The notes under the pieces: generated by a model
What the model was told of the DNA's origin: nothing
What the model saw: the letters and a program-made list of their open reading frames with translations, nothing else
Databases searched by the model: none
Shown here: positions 31,997 to 44,633 of the stretch, piece after piece
How the letters are laid out: every line of letters starts with the position of its first letter
How positions within the stretch are numbered: position 1 is the stretch's first letter
Program-made: the position numbers and the translations under genes
NCBI GenBank assembly: GCA_964019335.1
Contig: OZ025720.1
Location: 186,001 to 250,000, forward strand
Origin: Diplonema japonicum
Taxonomy: Eukaryota; Protista; Euglenozoa: Diplonemea
Length of the DNA stretch: 64,000 nt
Direction: 5' to 3'

Positions 31997-34540
31997 TTAA
32001 AAAACCCCCTTCAAATGCTCTGGGACAGCAACATTTATTCCAACTTGACCGTTGTGAACATGCCGCAACACAGGGACTTCATGTTGGACACAGTCGATGA
32101 ACACACCCAAAGGGTCCTCCTCCAAACAGTACGCACCAGTATCGGAGTCTTGAAGATAAAAGCCAGACCTAAAAAGGTTGAGAAGCTGAGAGGTATCCTG
32201 AGAATTGAGCCGGGAAATGGTGGCAGGAGACAAAAGGGTGTTATAGAGGATACTTTGCAGCTCAGGAGCCCGTCGTGGCGGGATGAGAGATAGTGTACCG
32301 GGAACGGTGAAGCAGCTAAAAGCTGTGATAGCAAGGGGAGGGTAGTTCTTAAGCCAGAGCCGGTTAACAGGGTGGACAAGATACTCCGAAAGGTGTTGCG
32401 TCACCTCGGCCAGCCAGACTTTATCACCAACTCGATAAGTACGATCAATAACCCCTGTACAGGAAGCTACAATCACACTTACGTCAAAACAGTTCGTCTC
32501 TTCCAAAGACAGCCCGTGCAGCAGCCTTAAAACAAGATCCTGTAAACCCTCCCTTCCCAGGATCTTTGTATATTGTTTATGCCCGCTGCTTAAAGATGGG
32601 AACAACCATGCCAAATCGATTCCGGTGTACTTACCAGGTGTTCGGTATGTGAGTTCGGTGATGTAAGGGCGCAGCTGGTTGGTTTGAACAGAGGAGAAAA
32701 TCATTGCGGAGATGAGTCCCACGAGCTCCGGGGCGGAGAGGTCCTCCCATATCTTCTGCACGTGCGCGATGCGTATTAAGTTTGCGAAGCTTTTCAAAAA
32801 ATGTATTTTCATGAACAATACGATTTTGGAGAGCCTTGCCACCGCCTTGGACAGTACAACCTTCACGAGCAATTTTTCCGCTTTGACGTTCATTGAAAAA
32901 GCAAGCTCCCTCGCGGCGGTGTCGACGAGCTGAACGGGAATTCTCGCCTTCGGGTCCGAGTCCCATTCGTTCAAAACCTTCCTCGTTGTTTCCCAAACAC
33001 AGTTTTCCGTGTTCTGTCTTGGCGGTGAGGCATCGACCCCTAGAATGTGCAGGCCTAGATGGTGCTGGACTGCCCAAGAACCCTTTTTCCCCGCGAGGTT
33101 CTTCCCTCTATCATCCATAGGAATCGCATCGTTAAAATTTCTAAGCAAAACAAGAACAGCGTTGTCGTAAGGAAAGTACCACGAGAGCACTGTCAACTCT
33201 TCGAGAATCCTCGCTTTAAAATACAGATCCTCGTGTAACGATGAGCTACACCTGCACACCCACGAAACTGTAAGATTCACGATCTTCATTTTCACGTCGA
33301 AGGGGAAGGCGTGCATTTTCAAATTCTCCAATAAATTGAGGATATCGGAGTACAGCTCCGGGGTCATGCGAGACGGAACGCTTGCCGCAATCTGAACCAT
33401 CAGAATTTTCACCAGATACCCTTCGGCCTCCGTTGTCAAGAGGGAAAGCCAGACGAGCAGTGTACTAAGGTGTTCAGGGGAATCCCTGGGAAACCTCTTA
33501 ACGCTCTTCACGATCCATTTATTGAGGTGAACCAAGGTAGGCGCCACCCGGGCCCTGTTGCAAACCCGAATCGTAGTTAATGCTCGTAAAAACTTGTTGA
33601 ATAATTTATGTGTGTTGCGTGGGATGTCGGTTATAGTGTCGTGGAACAACTTTGCAACGATTTTGTACGCTTTCATGCCGGGTTTTATGTAATGCAACAC
33701 GGAAAAGTACACCATTCCTGTTATGGTGAGGCTGTGATCGTTTGAAGATGTAATGATGAGCAGCAACTTGTCAACCGATCCGAATCGGTGCGCGGTCCAC
33801 CCCGCAACAACCTCCCCACAGTTGTGCGCGACACGGGAAAAAACAGGACGTTTTGACAGAATTTCGTGTCCGTTCAAACACGCGATTAAAATGGAGGTGA
33901 AATGGATGAAATCGACGAGGTGGGTGTCACTGTTTGTAAAGGTCCGAAGAACCGGTTTCCACAGAACATCAACATTTCGAGAAGAGTAACCCAACACATA
34001 GAAAATAGTACAGCACAGCTTCACTGAAAACTCGCGTTGCGTCAAAACATCGGTAAAGCCCGTTGTTCGGACCACCAACCATATCAAATCGGCGAGAGAG
34101 TTCCCTATTTTGTGAAGCGGTGTTGTTGATAAGGACAGGGTACGCTTGCTGAAGGCTACGCAAGCGAGTTCCACTGTTTTGAGTAGGTATTCAGTTATAC
34201 CGATGTTGCTGGCCGCCTCTTCTGCAACCGAATATTTCGTCAGTACTGGGGTGTTTTTGTTGTGGGTAGTGTTCTGTCGTGGGATCGCGGTCTCGCTGAG
34301 CTTCTTGTAGAAAATTTTGCATTTGTCTAGCATGTTCTTCAAATCGCCTTCGTTTAGATCGCCTGTTACGGACTCTCTTAGGTCGTACGCCGCGTCCCAA
34401 ACCTCATCTCGGGTCTTGCGTTTTGGCTGTCGGGATTTGTTCTCCCGCCTGCCCACCATTTTGCTCCTCATTGAGGATCTTGGGTTGTTTAAGACGTTCA
34501 CCGCTTCCGCCCATGAAGCGTGCTCCAACCTTCTGAACAT
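31997..34540 (-). CDS. Hypothetical helical-repeat-like protein (847 aa)
   Basis: Long uninterrupted Leu-rich ORF; no motif recognised. Confidence 0.75.
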   Translation of the reverse strand: MFRRLEHASWAEAVNVLNNPRSSMRSKMVGRRENKSRQPKRKTRDEVWDAAYDLRESVTGDLNEGDLKNMLDKCKIFYKKLSETAIPRQNTTHNKNTPVLTKYSVAEEAASNIGITEYLLKTVELACVAFSKRTLSLSTTPLHKIGNSLADLIWLVVRTTGFTDVLTQREFSVKLCCTIFYVLGYSSRNVDVLWKPVLRTFTNSDTHLVDFIHFTSILIACLNGHEILSKRPVFSRVAHNCGEVVAGWTAHRFGSVDKLLLIITSSNDHSLTITGMVYFSVLHYIKPGMKAYKIVAKLFHDTITDIPRNTHKLFNKFLRALTTIRVCNRARVAPTLVHLNKWIVKSVKRFPRDSPEHLSTLLVWLSLLTTEAEGYLVKILMVQIAASVPSRMTPELYSDILNLLENLKMHAFPFDVKMKIVNLTVSWVCRCSSSLHEDLYFKARILEELTVLSWYFPYDNAVLVLLRNFNDAIPMDDRGKNLAGKKGSWAVQHHLGLHILGVDASPPRQNTENCVWETTRKVLNEWDSDPKARIPVQLVDTAARELAFSMNVKAEKLLVKVVLSKAVARLSKIVLFMKIHFLKSFANLIRIAHVQKIWEDLSAPELVGLISAMIFSSVQTNQLRPYITELTYRTPGKYTGIDLAWLFPSLSSGHKQYTKILGREGLQDLVLRLLHGLSLEETNCFDVSVIVASCTGVIDRTYRVGDKVWLAEVTQHLSEYLVHPVNRLWLKNYPPLAITAFSCFTVPGTLSLIPPRRAPELQSILYNTLLSPATISRLNSQDTSQLLNLFRSGFYLQDSDTGAYCLEEDPLGVFIDCVQHEVPVLRHVHNGQVGINVAVPEHLKGVF

Positions 34541-35401
34541 CTTTGCCCACTCCCCTCCCCTTCTTTTTTTTTTTTTTTTTTTTTTTGAAATATTCGATGA
34601 AAATTTTGAAGGAAAAAAAAAAAAAAAAAAAAAAAAAAAAGGTAGAAAAGAAGAAGAAGAAGAATAGAGCCTTTCGTCAGTTTTTTTTTTTTTTTTTAAA
34701 GGGATAATCCCCCCCTCCTCCCTTCGAGCAAAAAATATTTGATTTTCCCCCCTTTTTTTTGAGGGAGTGAGGCTAAAAAAAAAAAAAAAAAAACGACGAG
34801 AAAGGGTGTGGGAATCTTTTTTTTAATTTTTTTTTTTTTTCATGCTTCCCGTCTAATGAAATAGCTGTTGTCTTCATATTCCCCCCCTTTTTTTTTCCTC
34901 CTTTTTTTTTTTTGAATGGCTCAGTAATACCTAGTGACAGAAAGTTGCTTGCACTGGCATATGCGTATGTTGCGTATGTTGGAGAGATTTGGGAAGATCC
35001 GTCTTCTTTTTTTTTTTGTTCTCCTTTTTTTTCCCTCTTTCTTCTCCCCACATTTCTTTTTGCTGTTTCTTTTCTATTCTTTCGTCCATTTTTGAAGGAT
35101 ATTGGAGGGAAGAGGGCCTTAACCTTAAAGGGCGGGGCGGGGGGGGGGGGGGGGGATACAATATTGAAAGGGCAAATCCCACCAGAGGACCACCCCTAGA
35201 AAAAAAAAGAAGGAGAAAACCACAAGGGCTTCTCAAAAGGGACAGAGGGACCCCACCTCTCCCTCTTTACAGCTCGTAGCTTCCCCTCTCCCTCCGGTAT
35301 CCAATTATTTTTCTTCTTCTTTTTTTTTTTTTCTTTCTTTTTTTTCTTTCGTTTTTCTTTTTTTTTTTTTGGTGGAACATTGATTAATAAAATAACCGTA
35401 C

Positions 35402-35440
<39 letters not shown>

Positions 35441-36261
35441 AGGCTTCTGGGTTACCAAAAAGCCTTCTTTGGAAGGAAAGAAAAGGGAGGGGGAGAGGGT
35501 ATATTGGCTGTCTGTTAAACGAAGCGAGAGGAGGGGAAAGAGAAAAAAGAATGGGAGAAAAAAAAAACAGAAGGAGAGGGAGGGGAAGGCTGAACCTTGG
35601 TCAAGATGCGACATAGTCTGTCTGCCGCCACACGGGGCTATAGATGCCGTCGGTAGGTCTTACCACAATAAGAATAACTATTTATTTCCCGCGGCTGGTA
35701 ATCAGATTGCGAAGGACAGATTATCAGCCAAGGGAAAGAGTAAAGTCCACAATAATTTTATTTTATTTTTTTTCTGGTTCCCGATGGCACTCCCAAACCC
35801 CCCAAAGCCACGTCCAAGATTTGACATAACATTAAGACAGGAGGTTTCTTGCACTGCTCGTCCACGCCTTCAATTTTGTGCTTCTGCTTCATGGTATGGT
35901 TCAGGCGGCAATAAAGGGACCAGAGGCTCGGCGGCTTAAGCCCCAGCCTCCCTGGGCTTTCTGGTGCGGATGCGGCTGAACTCGATGAACTCCCTGAGGA
36001 ACCTGGGTGCACCAGCGACGCATGGCCCCTGTTCTCGTCCACCCAAACAGCTCCCTACTTAGAGGGGCTGCGAGCGATGTTCGTACTGCAGATGCCATCC
36101 ATGACTGAAAGGCAAACCTCGACAGCCAACACCAGGATGCAACAGCAGAATGGTGGCAGGCACGTGTAGGATCCCCTGTCCACGGTGGGCACCAACCATG
36201 GCACAAATGGAAAACCTTATTTTCCCGGCTCTAGCCAAGATCTTTAGAGGGAATCCAGAAA

Positions 36262-36306
<45 letters not shown>

Positions 36307-37110
36307 ATTTAAGGGTACCTGCGGCTTGTGGCAGGAGGACGCCTGAAAAAAGACATTTAACAAAAAAAAAATAACAAAAAAAAAAAAAAAAAAGAAGGTG
36401 GCTAAGACTGATGAAGAAAATGGGAAAGAGAGAAGGGGAAGAAAAAAGAAAAAAAGAAAAGAGAAAAAAAAAAAACCAGATGGGGGGGAGGGGAGGGGCG
36501 AGCGATCTACCTACCACTTATCTTTAACAAGTTTATTTTCCTCTTTCTTTCCCTTTTTTTAATATGCACTATTACTACCCCCCGCTTCCTAACCGGACTG
36601 AAGTCGTCAGGATGCAAGGAAAAAAAAAGGGGGGGGAACACATTTGAAGTAAACTTCAAACTAATGTGCAGCGGCCACTTCTCAGATGGCCGCTTGGCTC
36701 GTACTAGATGAGGTTTAACACCGGCCAAAACTCTTGCAGCCTTGTAAAGCCGTGTATCTCAAAATCCCATTGAGGACACAAAAAATTGCTATTGATTTGA
36801 TTTAAAAAAAAAATAGAAATCTCAAGCAATACAACAGGACACCTTGCCACGAGTGTTAGCCAACAAAATTCCCTCCGTATTCCCCTCGAGCGGGTTTTAG
36901 AGATGGTCGGCGTTACAAGGCTCTTTGGGGGGGGGGGGGGGGGGGGAGGTTCTTCTTTCCCTCGCCCTTTTTTTTAAAATATTTTTATATTCGTCTTCTT
37001 TCTTTCTTCTTTTTAAGATTAAAGCTCGCTCCTATAGAAGAGTAGGAAGGAAAGGGGAGTGCACAGCCGGTATTAACCTGTGGAAGGATAAGCCCAACAA
37101 TGCTACCACT

Positions 37111-37169
<59 letters not shown>

Positions 37170-38082
37170 TGCTCCTTGTTCTCGCATTTTGTTCTGAAAT
37201 AACGAATAGAAACCAGAAGTTTCAAAAAGGAAAGAAGAAGAAAAAAAAGAAATCAATGGGAGAATTTTCCAGGGGATGGTGAAAATAGAAGAAACGAAGG
37301 GGGGGGGGGGGGGGGGGCACGGGCCATACGAGGTCACATCGGCAGGTAGACATAGAGTCCGAAAAAAAAGGGGGTTAAAGTATGTAATTTTCCTCTTCTC
37401 GGGCAAGCATGTCTACCTAATGACTCTATGAAAAAAAAATATATATGAGTTAAAGGAAGTCTTTGTGAACTCCTCCTCTGTTGGTGCTGGGTGTGCCTCC
37501 CCCTCCGTGATCTCCAGCCATTGGTGTGTCCGGTAGATCTGCTGCCTCTTTGCCTGCAAGGCTGCGTCGCGTTCCCCCACCACAGCCAGCAGGTAACGCT
37601 GGGTCTTCTCGAGCCTGTCCTTGTCCTCCTTGGCCGCTTCCCTCGGGAGGATGCCAAAAAAAGAGATGAAAAAAAAAAAAAACTTTAGATGAGAGAAGAA
37701 GAAGGGCGATGGTGCGGTGTGTGTGCGTCACAAGTACAAACCTCCCCCCCCCCCCCCCCCCCCCCCACCGGAGCATCTTTTTTTGTTTTTTTTTTCTTCT
37801 TTTCCTTTCTCTTGTTACTTCTCGTGCTGAGTGTTCAGAAGCAAGGAAGAAAAAAAAAGATGTCTTTGAAGGAAACCTGCAGTGACAGGATCGCTTAAAA
37901 AGAAAAAAAAAAGGAAACTTAAAAAAAACGTTCTATTTCGTTCAAAAAAAAAAACTTTTTTTCCCCCATAAAAAAAAAAAAAAAAGGAGATCGTAGAGGG
38001 GGGCGAGTAGTTGACGACACACACACACAACACCAAGGGGGAAGATTTTTTCCCCCCCCCTTTTTTTTTACCAAGCAAACCC

Positions 38083-38646
38083 TTACGTAAAGAGTTGTGC
38101 AGTCTCCCCCCACGAAAGGCTTTTTGCGGTTTTGTTCTGTGAATTCGGAGTGTTCGGGTCAGACCCAGCCTCGAGGAGCAACCGCACGGTATCTTGTTTC
38201 CCTAGCGAGGCGGCAAGATGGAGTGCAGTAGACCCCTGGTTATCAGTTAGTGACGCGTCAGCATGCTGGTCGAGGAGGAGGGAGGCTACGTAAGGCGCGG
38301 GTAGCGTCATGGCGTAGTGTAGAGGGGTGGACCCGTAGTCGTTACGTGCGTTGATGTCCAGCACATTGTGTAGGAGAAAGACCTCTACTAGCTTGCTGTT
38401 GCCTGTTAGAACTGCAACGTGAAGAGCGGTGTTGCCTATGGCGTCCTGCACCATCACACCTGCACCAAGCCGTAGCAGCTCCCTGGCCACCCCCACCTTC
38501 CCTCCTAGGCAGGACACAACTAACGCCGTTTCACCGTAATCGTTCTTCACGTCCAGCCCCCCGAACTCCTTGATGATCCCCTCCAACGCTCTGTCATCGC
38601 CATTTGCAACCGCCGCCTCCAGTTTGGTCACTACAGGGAAGCCCAT
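38083..38646 (-). CDS. Ankyrin repeat protein
   Basis: Repeated G.T(A/P)LH.A motifs. Confidence 0.92.
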   Translation of the reverse strand: MGFPVVTKLEAAVANGDDRALEGIIKEFGGLDVKNDYGETALVVSCLGGKVGVARELLRLGAGVMVQDAIGNTALHVAVLTGNSKLVEVFLLHNVLDINARNDYGSTPLHYAMTLPAPYVASLLLDQHADASLTDNQGSTALHLAASLGKQDTVRLLLEAGSDPNTPNSQNKTAKSLSWGETAQLFT

Positions 38647-39096
38647 TTTTTTTTTTTGTGGTGTGTGTATAGGCGCCCTTCTTTTTTTTGGGGGGGGGGA
38701 AGTTGGATTTTTTTATAAATAAGAGCGGGGAAAAGGAAAAAAAAAATAGTTCATTTGTTGAAAGAGGTGGAATGGGAAGGGGGGGGGGGGGGGGGGTGGA
38801 CTATGTTACGAAGAAATAAAAAAAAAATCACTATGATAGGAAACGAAGTGGTAAGCAACGGCCCACCGTAAAAAAATATATATGTTCATATATAGAGAGA
38901 AATCAACAGAACAAGGGTGCTGTAAAAACGGGGGGGGGGGGGGGGGCGTCAAAGTAAAATGTGACGAAATTTGACGAAATTCTTATTCGTTTTTACAGAA
39001 AGCTAGGCTAGGCGTCAGTACCTTTTCCCCACAAGCGCGACACCTCAAACTTAAAGTTACCCTGTTAGTTCTGTTGTTTTCTCAAAAAAAAAAATA

Positions 39097-40024
39097 CTGT
39101 AAACAAAAATCCACCGGAAGATAAAATATCCGGACCGCCGAAACATCCGGTGATTTTTTCTTCCGGACATTCTCTAAGGGGGTACCTAGCCTGCCCTACG
39201 CACTGTACCCTCTGTCTGGAAAACTTATATTTCTGTTGCAAGAGTCTTAAGAACGGCAAAAATAAAATTCAAATTAACAGACGAAAGCTGCATGCTCTAA
39301 AAAGGGGAAGGACATATCTCGCGACCCCTCCAGGTGCTGACCTCTTCAGGTGACTGAAATGATATTGCAAGTGGGAATATCTTCAGGTGAGAGGCACCCT
39401 TCAATGGCTGCGTCCCAGCAGGTTGGAGAGTACTTTTCCCGACAATAGAACTAAAAAAGGGGGCGAGGAAAGGGCAGCATCTTACCTGTCCGCCCGTCTG
39501 GCCGTCTTGTTTGCTGTGATGCCATGCTTGGGGCACAGCTGGTTGGCCCTCTGCATACAGGCAGATGTCCGACGCTGCTACCGGCACCTCCCTTCCGTTC
39601 TGCATCTGGATCCAAACAAAGAGCCTTGTTGTTTCTTCCTAGTTCAGAAGAGGCTTGCGACCCGCAGTAACGGGTGCGGCAGGGGGATCGACCTTGGAGC
39701 TACCAAAGCGGTGCTTCCAGTCTGATATACTGGACATTGGCTCCATGACGCAAACCCGCAAAAATAAGCCTCTTGTGGTAGAAGCAAACAATCAGGATCT
39801 GAGGTGTCTTTTAGTTCTTGAAAAAGTCCGTAATTCAATTCTCTGATTTTTGTTTGATTTTCTCTTGCTATAGAAACTAGTTTCATCTGTTTTCGGGTCC
39901 AGCCCTTTAATAAAAGGGGGGTCCCAGGAAAAAAATGTCCGGAAGAAAAAATATCCGGACCGCCAGAGCTTCCGGACATTTTATCTTCCGGACATTTTTT
40001 CTTCCGGTGATTTTTGTTTTACAG
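39097..40024 (-). mobile_element. Degenerate pogo/Tigger-like DNA transposon (internally deleted)
   Basis: TIRs ctgtaaacaaaaat...atttttgtttacag with TA on both sides; subterminal ccgga repeats; broken CENP-B-type HTH remnant (LFVWIQMQNGREVPVAASDICLYA). Confidence 0.85.
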
Positions 40025-40707
40025 TAAAAATAAAAATAAAAAAAAGATTTTATGTAAGTTGGTGGTCTTTGTGAGGTGCCCCTTGTAGTCATCTACCTTA
40101 TGATTACTGTAAATCTCTTAATATCTGCCCTTTTCTTTTGAAAAATTCTTTTTTTTTCTTCTTCTTCTTCCCTGTACACCTTTCTATGCCAACCAACCAT
40201 TTTATGCCCCCCCCCACTTTTTTTCCATTTGTGAAAAGATTTCTTTTATATCTTTTGATCACTAATTTCTTTACAACGCGTCGCGTGAAAGGTTGAAGTC
40301 AAGGGGTGCTCATAAGTTACCGTACTTTCATACCCCACACACAGCTGGAGTTATGGTTCATGGTAAGTCAGTTGCCCCTCACCCCCCCTTTTTTTTGTTT
40401 CCGTCACATTGGGTCACTCTGTTGGTTAACTATTTATATCGCGATAGAACGGTTGCAAAAAAAAAAAAAAAAAAGAAGAAGGCCGCTCATGTTTCCAAGC
40501 AGAGTTTTCTTTTTTTTTTTTTTTTTTTTTATTCGCCCGTGCAATTTTTTTGAGGCACAAAGTGAGTGAAGAAAAGACAAGGGCTGTAAGGAGGGGGAAA
40601 AAAAAGTGGAGAGAGAAAAAAAAAAAGAAGAAAAAAAAAAAAAGAATAGGGTTATTCTGTTTTGCTTACTGTGTAACAGCTACGAAACAGTGTACCCAAA
40701 ATAATTA

Positions 40708-42176
40708 CTGTAAAACGAATAATGTCGGACGGAAAAATTCTCGGACAGAAAAACTCCCGGACACCAAACAAACCCGGACATTTTTCCGTCCGGGAGTTTT
40801 TCTGGGAAGAAGTTTTTTTACTTCGTCAAATTGACCAGTTCGACTACCCAAGGCACGCGTTGAGCAGCTGGCTTGTGAGGGGCCAACTTTGGTGCTGACC
40901 CCCGGCCAGCTCACCCCCAAGAGGTGGAGGAGATAAACTCCTTACACCGGGCCAGTACAAACCCCCGAAAGCAGCTTGGCGGCCTCTGCCTCGGTCAGAA
41001 GACGGCAGCAAGAGGTTCAACAGAGCCCCCGGTTTCTTCCAGACGGAAATACTGGACGTTGCTATTCCACCCCACCACACCCTGGCCGCCGCGACGCCGT
41101 GATAGCTGCGTATCGCCCAATACGGGATTTAGCATCCTTCGGGGGCTGAAAGGTTTTTGCTTGAGTCGATAGGTAAACGGGCTTGGTGAGCCTATCCCAG
41201 CACAACAAATATGCACCTATGCAGAAGGGCTGCTGTGCGCCAATCCAGCCCGAAAGACAGACCTGGTAGACTTTGGTGGGGCACTGTCCTTTTCCACTGG
41301 CTAGGCTGACAAAATTTTGCAGCAAGAAAGACAAAAGCCGCAAGCCTCCGGAAAGCCCGGAAACGAGAAGGACAACGAGAAGGCACGCTGTTTCACCATG
41401 GAATTCAGGTCCATAGTCGACACCCATAAAGTAAGGCCGGAATTGGTCTGGAATACGGGGTTAAAAACCAAAACAAAAAGGGGTGCTAAGGTCGTAAAAG
41501 TCCGTGGCTTGGGGGACAAAACGGGCTATAACCGAACAGCTGGCTGTTTCCTTGGCTGGATGGTTAAATACAAAGGCAAAGCGGAAACGCAACCGGCAGG
41601 GATTATCCGTGCCCCGGTCAAGCACCCGCCCACCGAATGGAGCCTAACGGCATCGCCCAATCATTGGGCTAATTATGATACTCGGTATCTGGGTTACGGA
41701 GCTGTTTCTTCCTTTTTGCTATAAATCATCGATTCCCATGGTTTTGCCGAACGGGCCGATTCTGCTGCTTGTCGGCGACCACAACTCTCACACGACCTAT
41801 GCCTATGGGTTCGTAGAGTTGTTCGCAGGCGCAAACGTGCACATTGCTTTTGTCCCCCTGGGCTCACCTACATGGTTCAACAGACGATGGATATTGGGTT
41901 GAACGCAGCTGTAAAGCATCTATTAAGAAAGGTAGTAGGCCACACGAAGGCTCGACAAGCTGATTGCCTCAGGGGCAGCAAGGGAGGACAAAGATGCAGA
42001 AAGGGAACCCTGGGGGTTTCTTCGCGCGGTTGCAGTTTGCAGCCCAGGCCAGTGTGTAGGTGGTAGTGGACCAGGCCCCCTGACGGCCTTACCTAAAAAA
42101 AATTCCCGGACGGAAAAATTCCCGGACGCTAAAAAAACTCGGACATTTTTCCGTCCGGGAGTTTTTCGTTTTACAG
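40708..42176 (+). mobile_element. Degenerate pogo/Tigger-like DNA transposon with DDE_1 transposase pseudogene
   Basis: TIRs ctgtaaaacgaa...ttcgttttacag with TA TSD. Remnants EPIPAQQICTYA (HTH) and ILLLVGDHNSH...NVHIAFVP (DDE_1), interrupted by frameshifts and stops. Confidence 0.88.
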
Positions 42177-42815
42177 TATTCGCAAAACGCATTACGTTTC
42201 CAGCAACTTCCTTTTTTTTTTTTCTTTTTTTTTTTTTCTTTTTTTTCTTCTTCTCGATAACTACAGTAACAATTGTTTCTGTTCACATATTTAAAAAAAA
42301 AAAAGAAAAAGAAAGAAAAGGAGGGGAAACAAAAAAAAAAGAGAGAAAAAAAAAGAGAAGGAACAAGGATTCTAATTTGGCTTTTTTCTTCTTTTCTTTT
42401 TTTTTCTTTATTTCTTTCTTATTTGCTCAAACTACCTTTTTTATTCCCCCCTTTTTTTTTCTTCTCTATTGTTGAAGGTGTAAAAGGACTGTAATTGCTA
42501 CCAAGACCCCCCCCAAAAAAAAACGGCATCATCGAAAGGAACCCGGTAGCATGGCACCATCACCAAAATTTGGAAAAAGGGACCAAGAAAAAAAAACCGC
42601 CAGCAGGAGGTGAGCCAAAAAAAAATTCTCATCCAGTTTCAACCACTACGTGCCCTCCTGACTGTGTAAACAGATGGTGCCTTCCCAGCCAAAACTCTTC
42701 AGCTAGCTGTTTTCTTTGCACGTCCTGCGAGAAGAATAAAAAATCGGAAATCCCCCCCCCCCTATCAAGTGAACGCGCACAGATTTTCCCATGCCCCCCC
42801 CCCCCCCCCCCCCAA

Positions 42816-42940
42816 CTAATTTTTCCGTTCAGCAGAAAGCATGATAGTTTGCACCTCTTCATCTGCCTGAGAAAGAAGCTCCCGACGCATGTCGTCTTGC
42901 CGCTCAAGTTCATCATCGTCGTCCCAGACAGAGGAGTTTA

Positions 42941-42979
<39 letters not shown>

Positions 42980-43767
42980 AAAAATGATTTTATAACTATA
43001 TGCAACTTGTGCCGAGCAAAAAACTTTCGCAGCCTTTAAAAACCTTTTTTGCTCGTGCGAACAACAAAGACATATAGTCATAAAAAAAAAATTTTTTTTT
43101 CTTTTTTTCCCCGTGACACCACACACCTCTGCAAGCTGCCAGATGAGGGAACAACCCCAATATGGCAATTGTCATGTGCACGAATCTCCACCCTGTTGTT
43201 GGTGGCGATGGTTTGAACAGAGGTGCTCCGCACGAAGAAACACAGCCTCCCGAGCAGCGCGAGGTACCTCAACGTGATCAACACAGCTTCAGCCACTCCT
43301 TCTGAAACAAGGGGAAAAGAAGAAAAATCCTTTTTTTTTTCTCCCCCTCCCCCCACACTTATACCTTCGGTAGTGTGCCGCGTACCAGTCACAGAGGCAC
43401 CGAAGAGGATGACACAGAGCAAGCATGTTACAGCTTCAGCTGCGTTGGCCTTGCTGTGTGATAAGAAAGCTACAGGCGACTGTATCAGCATCTTTACCGT
43501 TATTTCCGTTAGAAACAGAACCGTCAAAAAACCCTCGAGCCCGTAATACCACCAAGTGTTGGCCCCTCGTGAAGGTGTCAGCAGGATGATAGAGGCTGCC
43601 ACTACTACACTAACTGTATACAAAATTCTTGCGTGCTTGCTGAATCTCAGCCTGGTGGCCACATCTGTGATGTTGATGCTGTGAGGCACATCATCATCTG
43701 GATGGACTGACATAGGGCTTTCAGGCAGCTCTTTTAGAACAACAGGTGATGGCGTGCGGGTGAGCAT
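42816..43767 (-). CDS. Stand-alone voltage-sensor-like (S1-S4) membrane protein; exons 43365-43767, 43127-43301, 42816-42942
   Basis: Four TMs with S2 LEGFLTVLFLTEITVKM and S4 LRYLALLGRLCFFVR; no pore loop. GT-AG introns 43302-43364 and 42943-43126 restore an acidic C-terminal tail. Confidence 0.72.
42990..43083. mobile_element. Foldback MITE of about 94 bp inside an intron; a second copy near 62340/63705-63764 is interrupted by the hAT element
   Basis: TIR ttataactatatg / catatagtcataa and inner cgagcaaaaaa / ttttttgctcg. Near-identical reverse-complement copy at 63705-63780. Confidence 0.75.
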
Positions 43768-43847
43768 ATTTGTTACCCACTCCCTCCTTTTTTTTTTTTT
43801 TTTTTTGGATTGGGAACAGGAAAAAAAAAATCTTTTTATTAAAAGTA

Positions 43848-43879
<32 letters not shown>

Positions 43880-43965
43880 GAAGGGAGAGGGACATGGGGT
43901 TATAGTTAAAAAGAAAGAAAGAAAAAAAAAAGAAAATAAGAATAAATTATATATGGAGTTTAAGG

Positions 43966-44025
<60 letters not shown>

Positions 44026-44633
44026 GAGACGCCGTTGTTTTCATCCACTACCTGGCGTCGCCTGCAACAGCGGTTTCTTCTTTCGGAGTCTTGCCGGCCT
44101 CCTCCCCAGATGGGTTGGCGTTTTTCCCTTCTTACTTCAGCACCGGCTTCGTGTATACTCATTCTGGATGTTGCTGGTGCGTCTTTTTAAAAGAATGTGT
44201 TAAAAGAAAAAAATTGAGGGAAAGGAAGAAGTGGGGAGGGGTACCTATGTACTTTACGGTACACTTGTTGCCTACTGAACGCCGTTTGACTTGTGTCACT
44301 TTGGCGTTAAAAGATCGAGTTTCTTTCTTTTCTTCCTTCCACCGCGAACGGGTGGGGGAAGAAAAAAAAAAAAGGCTTTCTTGTAACTGTGACCGTGATG
44401 AACGTTAAAAGGTGGTTTCCTTTCCCTCCTTTTTTTTTTTTCTTTGTTCCCTTTCTCTCCAAAGATGAGATTTTATAACAAAAAAAAAATTAAAAAAAAA
44501 ACTTTTTTTTTAATGAACAAAGTTATGTTTCATGGGAAGGGTAATTTTGGATGGACACCCCCATCCAATTCCCATGGAAGAATCCTTTTTTTTTTTTTTT
44601 GTATTTTTTTTGTTTTTCTTTTTTGTTTTGTTT

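Noticed and set aside
36660-36755. Second HDV-like ribozyme candidate around the gcggcca/tggccgc stem
   Set aside because: P1, P2 and P3 pairings are too poor; only a simple hairpin is supported.
44025-44400. Possible two-exon small gene
   Set aside because: A plausible intron exists, but there is no convincing start codon or recognisable product.
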